From Eledone cirrhosa (lineage: Eukaryota), in NCBI GenBank assembly GCA_964016885.1, contig OZ024741.1, positions 247,442,001 to 247,506,000 of the forward strand: DNA of 64,000 nt, read 5' to 3'. Made by a program: the position numbers and the translations under genes. Of the stretch, positions 24,701 to 39,600 are shown piece after piece. The notes beneath the pieces are model-generated. The model made no database searches. It worked only from the letters and a program-made list of their open reading frames with translations, and had not been told where the DNA came from. Numbering within the stretch: position 1 is the stretch's first letter; every line of letters starts with the position of its first letter.

Positions 24701-26835
24701 GCTGGAAATTATCTACCCCTGATTTTTTTTACAAATTATCTCCCCCTGATTTTTTTTACAAATTATCTCCCCCTGATTTTTTTTTTACAAATTATCTCCC
24801 CCTGATTTTTTTACAAATTATCTCCCCCTGATTTTTTTTACAAATTATCTCCGCCTGATTTTTTAAAATATTATCTTACCTTGGCTGGCGGGAAATTATC
24901 TCCCCTTGGACGGCTGAAAATTATCTCCCCTTGGACGGCTGGAAATTATCTCCCCTTGATTTTTTTTACAAATTATCTCCCCCTGATTTTTTTTTACAAA
25001 TTATCTCCCCCTGATTTTTTTTACAAATTATCTCCCCCCTGATTTTTTTACAAATTATCTCCCCTTGGCTGGCTGGAAATTATCTCCCCTTGGAGGCTGG
25101 AACTTATCTCCCCTTGGACGGCTAGAAATTACCTCTCCTTGGACGGCTGGAAAATATGTCTCCTTGGACGGCTGGATATTATCTCCCCTTGGACGGCTGG
25201 AAATTATCTCCCCTTGGACGGCTGGAAATTATCTCCCCTTGGATGGCTAGATATTACCTCCCCTTGGACGGCTGGAAATTATCTCCCTTTGATTTTTTTT
25301 ACAAATTATCTCCCCCTGATTTTTTTTTACAAATTATCTCCCCCTGATTTTTTTTTACAAATTATCTCCCCCTGATTTTTGTTTACAAATTATCTCCGCC
25401 TGATTTTTTTTTAAAAATTATCTCCCCTTGGACGGCTGGAAATTATCTCCCCTTGGACGGCTAGAAATTACCTCTCCTTGGACGGCTGAAAATTATCTCC
25501 CCTTGGACGGCTGGAAATTATCTCCCCTTGATTTTTTTACAAATTATCTCCCCCTGATTTTTTTTTACAAATTATCTCCCTCTGATTTTTTTTTACAAAT
25601 TATCTACCCCTGATTTTTTTTTACAAATTATCTCCCCCTGATTTTTTTTACAAATTATCTCCCCCTGATTTTTTTTTACAAATTATCTCCCCCTGATTTT
25701 TTTACAAATTATCTCCCCCTGATTTTTTTTACAAATTATCTCCGCCTGATTTTTTTAAATATTATCTCTCCTTGGCTGGCGGGAAATTATCTCCCCTTGG
25801 ACGGCTGGAAATTATCTCCCCTTGGAAGGATGGAAATTATCTCCCCTTGGACGGCTAGAAATTATCTCTCTTTGGACGGCTGGAAATTATCACCCCTTGA
25901 GTTTTTTACAAATTATCTCCCCCTGATTTTTTTTACAAATCTCCCAGTGATTTTTAAAAAAAAATTATCTCCCCTTCGCTGGCTGGAAATTATCTCCCCT
26001 TGGACGCTGGAAATTATAGCCCCTTGGAGGGCTTGAAATTATCTTCCCTTGGACGGCTGGAAATTATCTCCCCTTGATTTTTTTTTACAAATTATCTCCC
26101 CCTGATTTTTTTTTACAAATTATCTCCCCCTGATTTTTTTTTACAACTTATCTGCGCCAGATTTTTTTAAAAAAATTATCTCCCCTTGGACGGCTGGAAA
26201 TTATCTCCCCTTGGACGGCTGGAAATTATCTCTCCTTGGACGGCTAGAATTTACCTCTCCTTGGACGGCTGAAAATTATCTCCCCTTGGACGGCTGGAAA
26301 TTATCTCCCCTTGATTTTTTTTACAAATTATCTCCCCCTGATTTTTTTTTACGAATTATCTGCCCCTGATTTTTTTTTACAAATTATCTCCCCCTGATTT
26401 TTTTTACAAATTATCTCCCCCTGATTTTTTTTACAAATTATCTCCCTCTGATTTTTTTACAAATTATCTCCCCTTGGCTGGCTGGAAATTATCTCCCCTA
26501 GGAGGCTGGAACTTATCTCCCCTTGGACGGCTAGAAATTACCTCTCTTTGGACGGCTGGAAAATATGTCTCCTTGGACGGCTGGATATTATCTCCCCTTG
26601 GACGGCTGGAAATTATCTCCCCTTGGACGGCTGGAAATTATCTCCCCTTGGATGGCTAGATATTACCTCCCCTTGGACGGCTGGAAATTATCTCCCCTTG
26701 ATTTTTTTTACAAATTATCTCCCCCTGATTTTTTTTTACAAATTATCTCCCCCGATTTTTTTTTACAAATTATCTCCCCCTGATTTTTTTTTACAAATTA
26801 TCTCCCCCTGATTTTTGTTTACAAATTATCTCCCC
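21737..26835 (+). repeat. Two tandem copies of the 2.56-kb HOR (2537 and 2562 bp), with partial copies on both sides
   Basis: Marker positions are 21737, 24274 and 26836. ORF-track landmarks repeat at +2561 to +2563 (22502->25065, 23235->25797, 23913->26474). Confidence 0.9.
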
Positions 26836-29800
26836 TTGGACGGCTGGAAATTATCTCCCCTTGGACGGCTAGAAATTACCTCTCCTTGGACGGCTGAAAA
26901 TTATCCTCCCTTGGACGGCTGGAAATTATCTCCCCTTGATTTTTTTACAAATTATCTCCCCCTGATTTTTTTTTTACAAATTATCTCACCCTGATTTTTT
27001 TTACAAATTATCTACCCCTGATTTTTTTTACAAATTATCTCCCCCTGATTTTTTTTACAAATTATCTCCCACTGATTTTTTTTTTACAAATTATCTCCCC
27101 CTGATTTTTTTACAAATTATCTCCCCCTGATTTTTTTTACAAATTATATCCGCCTGATTTTTTTAAATATTATCTCTCCTTGGCTGGCGGGAAATTATCT
27201 CCCCTTGGACGGCTGGAAATTATCTCCCCTTGGAAGGATGGAAATTATCTCCCCTTGGACGGCTAGAAATTATCTCTCTTTGGACGGCTGGAAATTATCA
27301 CCCCTTGAGCTTTTTACAAATTATCTCCCCCTGATTTTTTTTACAAATCTCCCTGTGATTTTTTAAAAAAAATTATCTCCCCTTCGCTGGCTGGAAATTA
27401 TCTCCCCTTGGACGCTGGAAATTATAGCCCCTTGGAGGGCTGGAAATTATCTTCCCTTGGACGGCTGGAAATTATCTCCCCTTGATTTTTTTTACAAATT
27501 ATCTCCCCCTGATTTTTTTTTACAAATTATCTCCCCCTGATTTTTTTTACAACTTATCTGCGCCTGATTTTTTTTTTAAAATTATCTCCCCTTGGACGGC
27601 TGGAAATTATCTCCCCTTGGACGGCTGGAAATTATCTCTCCTTGGACGGCTAGAATTTACCTCTCCTTGGACGGCTGAAAATTATCTCCCCTTGGACGGC
27701 TGGAAATTATCTCCCCTTGATTTTTTTTACAAATTATCTCCCCCTTATTTTTTTTTACAAATTATCTCCCCCTGATTTTTTTTTACAAATTATCTCCCCC
27801 TGATTTTTTTTTACAAATTATCTACCCCTGATTTTTTTTTACAAATTATCTCCCCTTGGCTGGCTGGAAATTATCTCCCCTTGGAGGCTGGAACTTATCT
27901 CCCCTTGGACGGCTAGAAATTACCTCTCCTTGGACGGCTGGAAAATATGTCTCCTTGGACGGCTGGATATTATCTCCCCTTGGACGGCTGGAAATTATCT
28001 CCCCTTGGACGGCTGAAAATTATCTCCCCTTGATTTTTTTTACAAATTATCTCCCCCTGATTTTTTTTTACAAATTATCTCCCCCTGATTTTTGTTTACA
28101 AATTATCTCCGCCTGATTTTTTAAAAAAATTATCTCCCCTTGGACGGCTGGAAATTATCTCCCCTTGGACGGATAGAAATTACCTCTCCTTGGACGGCTG
28201 AAAATTATCTCCCCTTTGACGGCTGGAAATTATCTCCCCTTGATTTTTTTACAAATTATCTCCCCCTGATTTTTTTTTTACAAATTATCTCCCCCTGATT
28301 TTTTTTTACAAATTATCTACCCCTGATTTTTTTTTACAAATTATCTCCCCCTGATTTTTTTTACAAATTATCTCCCCCTGATTTTTTTTTTACAAATTAT
28401 CTCCCCCTGATTTTTTTACAAATTATCTCCCCCTGATTTTTTTTACAAATTATCTCCGCCTGATTTTTTTAAATATTATCTCTCCTTGGCTGGCGGGAAA
28501 TTATCTCCCCTTGGACGGCTGGAAATTATCTCCCCTTGGAAGGATGGAAATTATCTCCCCTTGGACGGCTGGAAATTATCTACCCCTGATTTTTTTTACA
28601 AATTATCTCCCCCTGATTTTTTTTACAAATTATCTCCCCCTGATTTTTTTTACAAATTATCTACCCCTGATTTTTTTTACAAATTATCTCCCCCTGATTT
28701 TTTTTACAAATTATCTCCCCCTGATTTTTTTTTTACAAATTATCTCACCCTGATTTTTTTACAAATTATCTCCCCCTGATTTTTTTTACAAATTATCTCC
28801 GCCTGATTTTTTTAAATATTATCTTCCCTTGGCTGGCGGGAAATTATCTCCCCTTGAAGGGCTGAAAATTATCTCCCCTTGGACGGCTGGAAATTATCTC
28901 CCCTTGATTTTTTTTACAAATTATCTCCCCCTGATTTTTTTTTACAAATTATCTCCCCCTGATTTTTTTTACAAATTATCTCCCCCTGATTTTTTTTTAC
29001 AAATTATCTGCCGCTGATTTTTTTTACCAATTATCTCCCCCTGATTTTTTTACAAATTATCTCCCCTTGGCTGGCTGGAAATTACCTCCCCTTGGAGGCT
29101 GGAATTTATCTCCCCTTGGACGGCTAGAAATTACCTCTCCTTGGACGGCTGGAAAATATGTCTCCTTGGACGGCTGAATATTATCTCCCCTTGGACGGCT
29201 GGAAATTATCTCCCCTTGGACGGCTGGAAATTATCTCCCCTTGGACGGATAGATATTACCTCCCCTTGGACGGCTGGAAATTATCTCCCCTTGATTTTTT
29301 TTACAAATTATCTCCCCCTGATTTTTTTTTACAAATTATCTCCCCCTGATTTTTTTTTACAAATTATCTCCCCCTGATTTTTTTTTTACAAATTATCTCC
29401 GCTTGATTTTTTAAAAAAATTATCTCCCCTTGGACGGCTGGAAATTATCTCCCCATGGACGGCTGGAAATTATCTCCCCTTGGACGGCTAGAAATTATCT
29501 CTCCTTGGACGGCTGAAAATTATCTCCCCTTGGACGGCTGCAAATTATCTCCCCTTGATTTTTTTTATAAATTATCTCCCCCTGATTTTTTTTACAAATT
29601 ATCTCCCCCTGATTTTTTTTACAAATCTCCCAGTGATTTTTTTAAAAAAATTATCTCCCCTTGGACGGCTGGAAATTATCTCCCCTTGGACGGCTGGAAA
29701 TTATCTCGCCTTGGACGGCTAGAATTTACCTCTCCTTGGACGGCTGAAAATTATCTCCCCTTGGACGGCTGGAAATTATCTCCCCTTGATTTTTTTTACA

Positions 29801-30602
29801 AATTATCTCCCCCTGATTTTTTTTTACAAATTATCTCCCCCTGATTTTTTTTTATAAATTATCTCCCCCTGATTTTTTTTTACAAATTATCTCCCCCTGA
29901 TTTTTTTTACAAATTATCTCCCCCCTGATTTTTTTACAAATTATCTCCCCTTGGCTGGCTGGAAATTATCTCCCCTTGGAGGCTGGAACTTATCTCCCCT
30001 TGGACGGCTAGAAATTACCTCTCCTTGGACGGCTGGAAAATATGTCTCCTTGGACGGCTGGATATTATCTCCCCTTGGACGGCTGGAAATTATCTCCCCT
30101 TGGACGGCTGGAAATTATCTCCCCTTGGATGGCTAGATATTACCTCCCCTTGGACGGCTGGAAATTATCTCCCTTTGATTTTTTTTACAAATTATCTCCC
30201 CCTGATTTTTTTTTACAAATTATCTCCCCCTGATTTTTTTTTACAAATTATCTCCCCCTGATTTTTGTTTACAAATTATCTCCGCCTGATTTTTTTTTAA
30301 AAATTATCTCCCCTTGGACGGCTGGAAATTATCTCCCCTTGGACGGGTAGAAATTACCTCTCCTTGGACGGCTGAAAATTATCTCCCCTTGGACGGCTGG
30401 AAATTATCTCCCCTTGATTTTTTTACAAATTATCTCCCCCTGATTTTTTTTTTACAAATTATCTCCCCCTGATTTTTTTTTACAAATTATCTACCCCTGA
30501 TTTTTTTTTACAAATTATCTCCCCCTGATTTTTTTTTACAAATTATCTCCCCCTGATTTTTTTACAAATTATCTCCCCCTGATTTTTTTTACAAATTATC
30601 TC

Positions 30603-33600
30603 CGCCTGATTTTTTTAAATATTATCTCTCCTTGGCTGGCGGGAAATTATCTCCCCTTGGACGGCTGGAAATTATCTCCCCTTGGAAGGATGGAAATTAT
30701 CTCCCCTTGGACGGCTAGAAATTATCTCTCTTTGGACGGCTGGAAATTATCACCCCTTGAGTTTTTTACAAATTATCTCCCCCTGATTTTTTTTACAAAT
30801 CTCCCAGTGATTTTTAAAAAAAAATTATCTCCATTTCGCTGGCTGGAAATTATCTCCCCTTGGACGCTGGAAATTATAGCCCCTTGGAGGGCTTGAAATT
30901 ATCTTCCCTTGGACGGCTGGAAATTATCTCTCCTTGGACGGCTAGAATTTACCTCTCCTTGGACGGCTGAAAATTATCTCCCCTTGGACGGCTGGAAATT
31001 ATCTCCCCTTGATTTTTTTTACAAATTATCTCCCCCTGATTTTTTTTACGAATTATCTCCCCCTGATTTTTTTTTACAAATTATCTCCCCCTGATTTTTT
31101 TTTACAAATTATCTCCCCCTGATTTATTTTACAAATTATCTCCCTCTGATTTTTTTACAAATTATCTCCCCTTGGCTGGCTGGAAATTATCTCCCCTAGG
31201 AGGCTGGAACTTATCTCCCCTTGGACGGCTAGAAATTACCTCTCTTTGGACGGCTGGAAAATATGTCTCCTTGGACGGCTGGATATTATCTCCCCTTGGA
31301 CGGCTGGAAATTATCTCCCCTTGGACGGCTGGAAATTATCTCCCCTTGGATGGCTAGATATTACCTCCCCTTGGACGGCTGGAAATTATCTCCCCTTGAT
31401 TTTTTTTACAAATTATCTCCCCCTGATTTTTTTTTACAAATTATCTCCCCCGATTTTTTTTTACAAATTATCTCCCCCTGATTTTTTTTTACAAATTATC
31501 TCCCCCTGATTTTTGTTTACAAATTATCTCCCCTTGGACGGCTGGAAATTATCTCCCCTTGGACGGCTAGAAATTACCTCTCCTTGGACGGCTGAAAATT
31601 ATCCTCCCTTGGACGGCTGGAAATTATCTCCCCTTGATTTTTTTACAAATAATCTCCCCCTGATTTTTTTTTTACAAATTATCTCACCCTGATTTTTTTT
31701 ACAAATTATCTACCCCTGATTTTTTTTTACAAATTATCTCCCCCTGATTTTTTTTACAAATTATCTTCCACTGATTTTTTTTACAAATTATCTCCACCTG
31801 ATTTTTTAAAAAATTATCTCCCCTTGGAAGGCTGGAAATTATCTCCCCTTGGCTGGAAATTATCTCCCCTTGAACGGCTAGAAATTATCTCTCTTTGGAC
31901 GGCTGGAAATTATCACCCCTTGAGTTTTTTAAAAATTATCTCCCCCTGATTTTTTTTACAAATCTCCCAGTGATTTTTAAAAAAAAATTATCTCCCCTTC
32001 GCTGGCTGGAAATTATCTCCCCTTGGACGCTGGAAATTATAGCCCCTTGGAGGGCTTGAAATTATCTTCCCTTGGACGGCTGGAAATTATCTCCCCTTGA
32101 TTTTTTTTTACAAATTATCTCCCCCTGATTTTTTTTTACAAATTATCTCCCCCTGATTTTTTTTTACAACTTATCTGCGCCTGATTTTTTTAAAAAAATT
32201 ATCTCCCCTTGGACGGCTGGAAATTATCTCCCCTTGGACGGCTGGAAATTATCTCTCCTTGGACGGCTAGAATTTACCTCTCCTTGGACGGCTGAAAATT
32301 ATCTCCCCTTGGACGGCTGGAAATTATCTCCCCTTGATTTTTTTTACAAATTATCTCCCCCTGATTTTTTTTTACGAATTATCTCCCCCTGATTTTTTTT
32401 TACAAATTATCTCCCCCTGATTTTTTTTTACAAATTATCTCCCCCTGATTTTTTTTACAAATTATCTCCCTCTGATTTTTTTACAAATTATCTCCCCTTG
32501 GCTGGCTGGAAATTATCTCCCCTAGGAGGCTGGAACTTATCTCCCCTTGGACGGCTAGAAATTACCTCTCTTTGGACGGCTGGAAAATATGTCTCCTTGG
32601 ACGGCTGGATATTATCTCCCCTTGGACGGCTGGAAATTATCTCCCCTTGGACGGCTGGAAATTATCTCCCCTTGGATGGCTAGATATTACCTCCCCTTGG
32701 ACGGCTGGAAATTATCTCCCCTTGATTTTTTTTTACAAATTATCTCCCCCTGATTTTTTTTTACAAATTATCTCCCTCGATTTTTTTTTACAAATTATCT
32801 CTCCCTGATTTTTTTTTACAAATTATCTCCCCCTGATTTTTGTTTACAAATTATCTCCCCTTGGACGGCTGGAAATTATCTCCCCTTGGACGGCTAGAAA
32901 TTACCTCTCCTTGGACGGCTGAAAATTATCCTCCCTTGGACGGCTGGAAATTATCTCCCCTTGATTTTTTTACAAATTATCTCCCCCTGATTTTTTTTTT
33001 ACAAATTATCTCACCCTGATTTTTTTTACAAATTATCTACCCCTGATTTTTTTTTACAAATTATCTCCCCCTGATTTTTTTTACAAATTATCTCCCACTG
33101 ATTTTTTTTTTACAAATTATCTCCCCCTGATTTTTTTACAAATTATCTCCCCCTGATTTTTTTTACAAATTATATCCGCCTGATTTTTTTAAATATTATC
33201 TCTCCTTGGCTGGCGGGAAATTATCTCCCCTTGGACGGCTGGAAATTATCTCCCCTTGGAAGGATGGAAATTATCTCCCCTTGGACGGCTGGAAATTATC
33301 TACCCCTGATTTTTTTTACAAATTATCTCCCCCTGATTTTTTTTACAAATTATCTCCCCCTGATTTTTTTTTTACAAATTATCTCCCCCTGATTTTTTTA
33401 CAAATTATCTCCCCCTGATTTTTTTTACAAATTATCTCCGCCTGATTTTTTAAAATATTATCTTACCTTGGCTGGCGGGAAATTATCTCCCCTTGGACGG
33501 CTGAAAATTATCTCCCCTTGGACGGCTGGAAATTATCTCCCCTTGATTTTTTTTACAAATTATCTCCCCCTGATTTTTTTTTACAAATTATCTCCCCCTG

Positions 33601-36600
33601 ATTTAAAAAAAAAAATTATCTCCCCTTCGCTGGCTGGAAATTATCTCCCCTTGGACGCTGGAAATTATAGCCCCTTGGAGGGCTGGAAATTATCTTCCCT
33701 TGGACGGCTGGAAATTATCTCCCCTTGATTTTTTTTTACAAATTATCTCCCCCTGATTTTTTTTTACAAATTATCTCCCCCTGATTTTTTTTTACAAATT
33801 ATCTCCCCCTGATTTTTTTTTTACAAATTATCTCCGCCTGATTTTTTTTTTAAAATTATCTCCCCTTGGACGGCTGCAAATTATCTCCCCTTGATTTTTT
33901 TTACAAATTATCTCCCCCTGATTTTTTTTACAAATTATCTCCCCCTGATTTTTTTTACAAATTATCTACCCCTGATTTTTTTTACAAATTATCTCCCCCT
34001 GATTTTTTTTTACAAATTATCTCCCTCTGATTTTTTTTTACAAATTATCTCCCCCTGATTTTTTTTTACAAATTATCTCCCCCTGATTTTTTTACAAATT
34101 ATCTCCCCCTGATTTTTTTTACAATCTCCGCCTGATTTTTTTAAAAATTATCTTCCCTTGGCTGGCGGGAAATTATCTCCCCTTGGACGGCTGGAAATTA
34201 TCTCCCCTTGGAAGGATGGAAATTATCTCCCCTTGGACGGCTGGAAATTATCTCCCCTTGCACGGCTGGAAATTATCTCCCCTTGGCTGGAAATTATCTC
34301 CCCTTGGACGGCTAGAAATTATCTCTCTTTGGACGGCTGGAAATTATCTCCCTTTGATTTTTTTTACAAATTATCTCCCTCTGATTTTTTTTACAAATCT
34401 CCCCCTGATTTTTTAAAAAAAATTATCTCCCCTTCGCTGGCTGGAAATTATCTCCCCTTGGACACTGGAAATTATAGCCCCTTGGAGGGCTGGAAATTAT
34501 CTTCTCTTGGACGGCTGGAAATTATCTCCCCTTGATTTTTTTTACAAATTATCTCCCCCTGATTTTTTTTTACAAATTATCTCCCCCGATTTTTTTTTAC
34601 AAATTATCTCCCCCTGATTTTTTTTTACAAATTATCTCCCCCTGATTTTTGTTTACAAATTATCTCCCCTTGGACGGCTGGAAATTATCTCCCCTTGGAC
34701 GGCTAGAAATTACCTCTCCTTGGACGGCTGAAAATTATCCTCCCTTGGACGGCTGGAAATTATCTCCCCTTGATTTTTTTACAAATTATCTCCCCCTGAT
34801 TTTTTTTTTACAAATTATCTCACCCTGATTTTTTTTACAAATTATCTACCCCTGATTTTTTTTTACAAATTATCTCCCCCTGATTTTTTTTACAAATTAT
34901 CTCCCACTGATTTTTTTTTTACAAATTATCTCCCCCTGATTTTTTTACAAATTATCTCCCCCTGATTTTTTTTACAAATTATATCCGCCTGATTTTTTTA
35001 AATATTATCTCTCCTTGGCTGGCGGGAAATTATCTCCCCTTGGACGGCTGGAAATTATCTCCCCTTGGAAGGATGGAAATTATCTCCCCTTGGACGGCTG
35101 GAAATTATCTACCCCTGATTTTTTTTACAAATTATCTCCCCCTGATTTTTTTTACAAATTATCTCCCCCTGATTTTTTTTTTACAAATTATCTCCCCCTG
35201 ATTTTTTTACAAATTATCTCCCCCTGATTTTTTTTACAAATTATCTCCGCCTGATTTTTTAAAATATTATCTTACCTTGGCTGGCGGGAAATTATCTCCC
35301 CTTGGACGGCTGAAAATTATCTCCCCTTGGACGGCTGGAAATTATCTCCCCTTGATTTTTTTTACAAATTATCTCCCCCTGATTTTTTTTTACAAATTAT
35401 CTCCCCCTGATTTAAAAAAAAAAATTATCTCCCCTTCGCTGGCTGGAAATTATCTCCCCTTGGACGCTGGAAATTATAGCCCCTTGGAGGGCTGGAAATT
35501 ATCTTCCCTTGGACGGCTGGAAATTATCTCCCCTTGATTTTTTTTTACAAATTATCTCCCCCTGATTTTTTTTTACAAATTATCTCCCCCTGATTTTTTT
35601 TTACAAATTATCTCCCCCTGATTTTTTTTTTACAAATTATCTCCGCCTGATTTTTTTTTAAAAATTATCTCCCCTTGGACGGCTGGAAATTATCTCCCCT
35701 TGGACGGCTGGAAATTATCTCCCCTTGGACGGCTAGAAATTATCTCTCCTTGGACGGCTGAAAATTATCTCCCCTTGGACGGCTGCAAATTATCTCCCCT
35801 TGATTTTTTTTACAAATTATCTCCCCCTGATTTTTTTTACAAATTATCTCCCCCTGATTTTTTTTACAAATTATCTACCCCTGATTTTTTTTACAAATTA
35901 TCTCCCCCTGATTTTTTTTTACAAATTATCTCCCTCTGATTTTTTTTTACAAATTATCTCCCCCTGATTTTTTTTTACAAATTATCTCCCCCTGATTTTT
36001 TTACAAATTATCTCCCCCTGATTTTTTTTACAATCTCCGCCTGATTTTTTTAAAAATTATCTTCCCTTGGCTGGCGGGAAATTATCTCCCCTTGGACGGC
36101 TGGAAATTATCTCCCCTTGGAAGGATGGAAATTATCTCCCCTTGGACGGCTGGAAATTATCTCCCCTTGCACGGCTGGAAATTATCTCCCCTTGGCTGGA
36201 AATTATCTCCCCTTGGACGGCTAGAAATTATCTCTCTTTGGACGGCTGGAAATTATCTCCCTTTGATTTTTTTTACAAATTATCTCCCTCTGATTTTTTT
36301 TACAAATCTCCCCCTGATTTTTTAAAAAAAATTATCTCCCCTTCGCTGGCTGGAAATTATCTCCCCTTGGACACTGGAAATTATAGCCCCTTGGAGGGCT
36401 GGAAATTATCTTCTCTTGGACGGCTGGAAATTATCTCCCCTTGATTTTTTTTACAAATTATCTCCCCCTGATTTTTTTTTACAAATTATCTCCCCCGATT
36501 TTTTTTTACAAATTATCTCCCCCTGATTTTTTTTTACAAATTATCTCCCCCTGATTTTTGTTTACAAATTATCTCCCCTTGGACGGCTGGAAATTATCTC

Positions 36601-39600
36601 CCCTTGGACGGCTAGAAATTACCTCTCCTTGGACGGCTGAAAATTATCCTCCCTTGGACGGCTGGAAATTATCTCCCCTTGATTTTTTTACAAATTATCT
36701 CCCCCTGATTTTTTTTTTACAAATTATCTCACCCTGATTTTTTTTACAAATTATCTACCCCTGATTTTTTTTTACAAATTATCTCCCCCTGATTTTTTTT
36801 ACAAATTATCTCCCACTGATTTTTTTTTTACAAATTATCTCCCCCTGATTTTTTTACAAATTATCTCCCCCTGATTTTTTTTACAAATTATATCCGCCTG
36901 ATTTTTTTAAATATTATCTCTCCTTGGCTGGCGGGAAATTATCTCCCCTTGGACGGCTGGAAATTATCTCCCCTTGGAAGGATGGAAATTATCTCCCCTT
37001 GGACGGCTGGAAATTATCTACCCCTGATTTTTTTTACAAATTATCTCCCCCTGATTTTTTTTACAAATTATCTCCCCCTGATTTTTTTTTTACAAATTAT
37101 CTCCCCCTGATTTTTTTACAAATTATCTCCCCCTGATTTTTTTTACAAATTATCTCCGCCTGATTTTTTAAAATATTATCTTACCTTGGCTGGCGGGAAA
37201 TTATCTCCCCTTGGACGGCTGAAAATTATCTCCCCTTGGACGGCTGGAAATTATCTCCCCTTGATTTTTTTTACAAATTATCTCCCCCTGATTTTTTTTT
37301 ACAAATTATCTCCCCCTGATTTTTTTTACAAATTATCTCCCCCCTGATTTTTTTACAAATTATCTCCCCTTGGCTGGCTGGAAATTATCTCCCCTTGGAG
37401 GCTGGAACTTATCTCCCCTTGGACGGCTAGAAATTACCTCTCCTTGGACGGCTGGAAAATATGTCTCCTTGGACGGCTGGATATTATCTCCCCTTGGACG
37501 GCTGGAAATTATCTCCCCTTGGACGGCTGGAAATTATCTCCCCTTGGATGGCTAGATATTACCTCCCCTTGGACGGCTGGAAATTATCTCCCTTTGATTT
37601 TTTTTACAAATTATCTCCCCCTGATTTTTTTTTACAAATTATCTCCCCCTGATTTTTTTTTACAAATTATCTCCCCCTGATTTTTGTTTACAAATTATCT
37701 CCGCCTGATTTTTTTTTAAAAATTATCTCCCCTTGGACGGCTGGAAATTATCTCCCCTTGGACGGCTAGAAATTACCTCTCCTTGGACGGCTGAAAATTA
37801 TCTCCCCTTGGACGGCTGGAAATTATCTCCCCTTGATTTTTTTACAAATTATCTCCCCCTGATTTTTTTTTTACAAATTATCTCCCCCTGATTTTTTTTT
37901 ACAAATTATCTACCCCTGATTTTTTTTTACAAATTATCTCCCCCTGATTTTTTTTACAAATTATCTCCCCCTGATTTTTTTTTACAAATTATCTCCCCCT
38001 GATTTTTTTACAAATTATCTCCCCCTGATTTTTTTTACAAATTATCTCCGCCTGATTTTTTTAAATATTATCTCTCCTTGGCTGGCGGGAAATTATCTCC
38101 CCTTGGACGGCTGGAAATTATCTCCCCTTGGAAGGATGGAAATTATCTCCCCTTGGACGGCTAGAAATTATCTCTCTTTGGACGGCTGGAAATTATCACC
38201 CCTTGAGTTTTTTACAAATTATCTCCCCCTGATTTTTTTTACAAATCTCCCAGTGATTTTTAAAAAAAAATTATCTCCCCTTCGCTGGCTGGAAATTATC
38301 TCCCCTTGGACGCTGGAAATTATAGCCCCTTGGAGGGCTTGAAATTATCTTCCCTTGGACGGCTGGAAATTATCTCCCCTTGATTTTTTTACAAATTATC
38401 TCCCCTTGGCTGGCTGGAAATTATCTCCCCTAGGAGGCTGGAACTTATCTCCCCTTGGACGGCTAGAAATTACCTCTCTTTGGACGGCTGGAAAATATGT
38501 CTCCTTGGACGGCTGGATATTATCTCCCCTTGGACGGCTGGAAATTATCTCCCCTTGGACGGCTGGAAATTATCTCCCCTTGGATGGCTAGATATTACCT
38601 CCCCTTGGACGGCTGGAAATTATCTCCCCTTGATTTTTTTTACAAATTATCTCCCCCTGATTTTTTTTTACAAATTATCTCCCCCGATTTTTTTTTACAA
38701 ATTATCTCCCCCTGATTTTTTTTTACAAATTATCTCCCCCTGATTTTTGTTTACAAATTATCTCCCCTTGGACGGCTGGAAATTATCTCCCCTTGGACGG
38801 CTAGAAATTACCTCTCCTTGGACGGCTGAAAATTATCCTCCCTTGGACGGCTGGAAATTATCTCCCCTTGATTTTTTTACAAATTATCTCCCCCTGATTT
38901 TTTTTTTACAAATTATCTCACCCTGATTTTTTTTACAAATTATCTACCCCTGATTTTTTTTTACAAATTATCTCCCCCTGATTTTTTTTACAAATTATCT
39001 CCCACTGATTTTTTTTTTACAAATTATCTCCCCCTGATTTTTTTACAAATTATCTCCCCCTGATTTTTTTTACAAATTATATCCGCCTGATTTTTTTAAA
39101 TATTATCTCTCCTTGGCTGGCGGGAAATTATCTCCCCTTGGACGGCTGGAAATTATCTCCCCTTGGAAGGATGGAAATTATCTCCCCTTGGACGGCTAGA
39201 AATTATCTCTCTTTGGACGGCTGGAAATTATCACCCCTTGAGTTTTTTACAAATTATCTCCCCCTGATTTTTTTTACAAATCTCCCAGTGATTTTTAAAA
39301 AAAAATTATCTCCATTTCGCTGGCTGGAAATTATCTCCCCTTGGACGCTGGAAATTATAGCCCCTTGGAGGGCTTGAAATTATCTTCCCTTGGACGGCTG
39401 GAAATTATCTCTCCTTGGACGGCTAGAATTTACCTCTCCTTGGACGGCTGAAAATTATCTCCCCTTGGACGGCTGGAAATTATCTCCCCTTGATTTTTTT
39501 TACAAATTATCTCCCCCTGATTTTTTTTACGAATTATCTCCCCCTGATTTTTTTTTACAAATTATCTCCCCCTGATTTTTTTTTACAAATTATCTCCCCC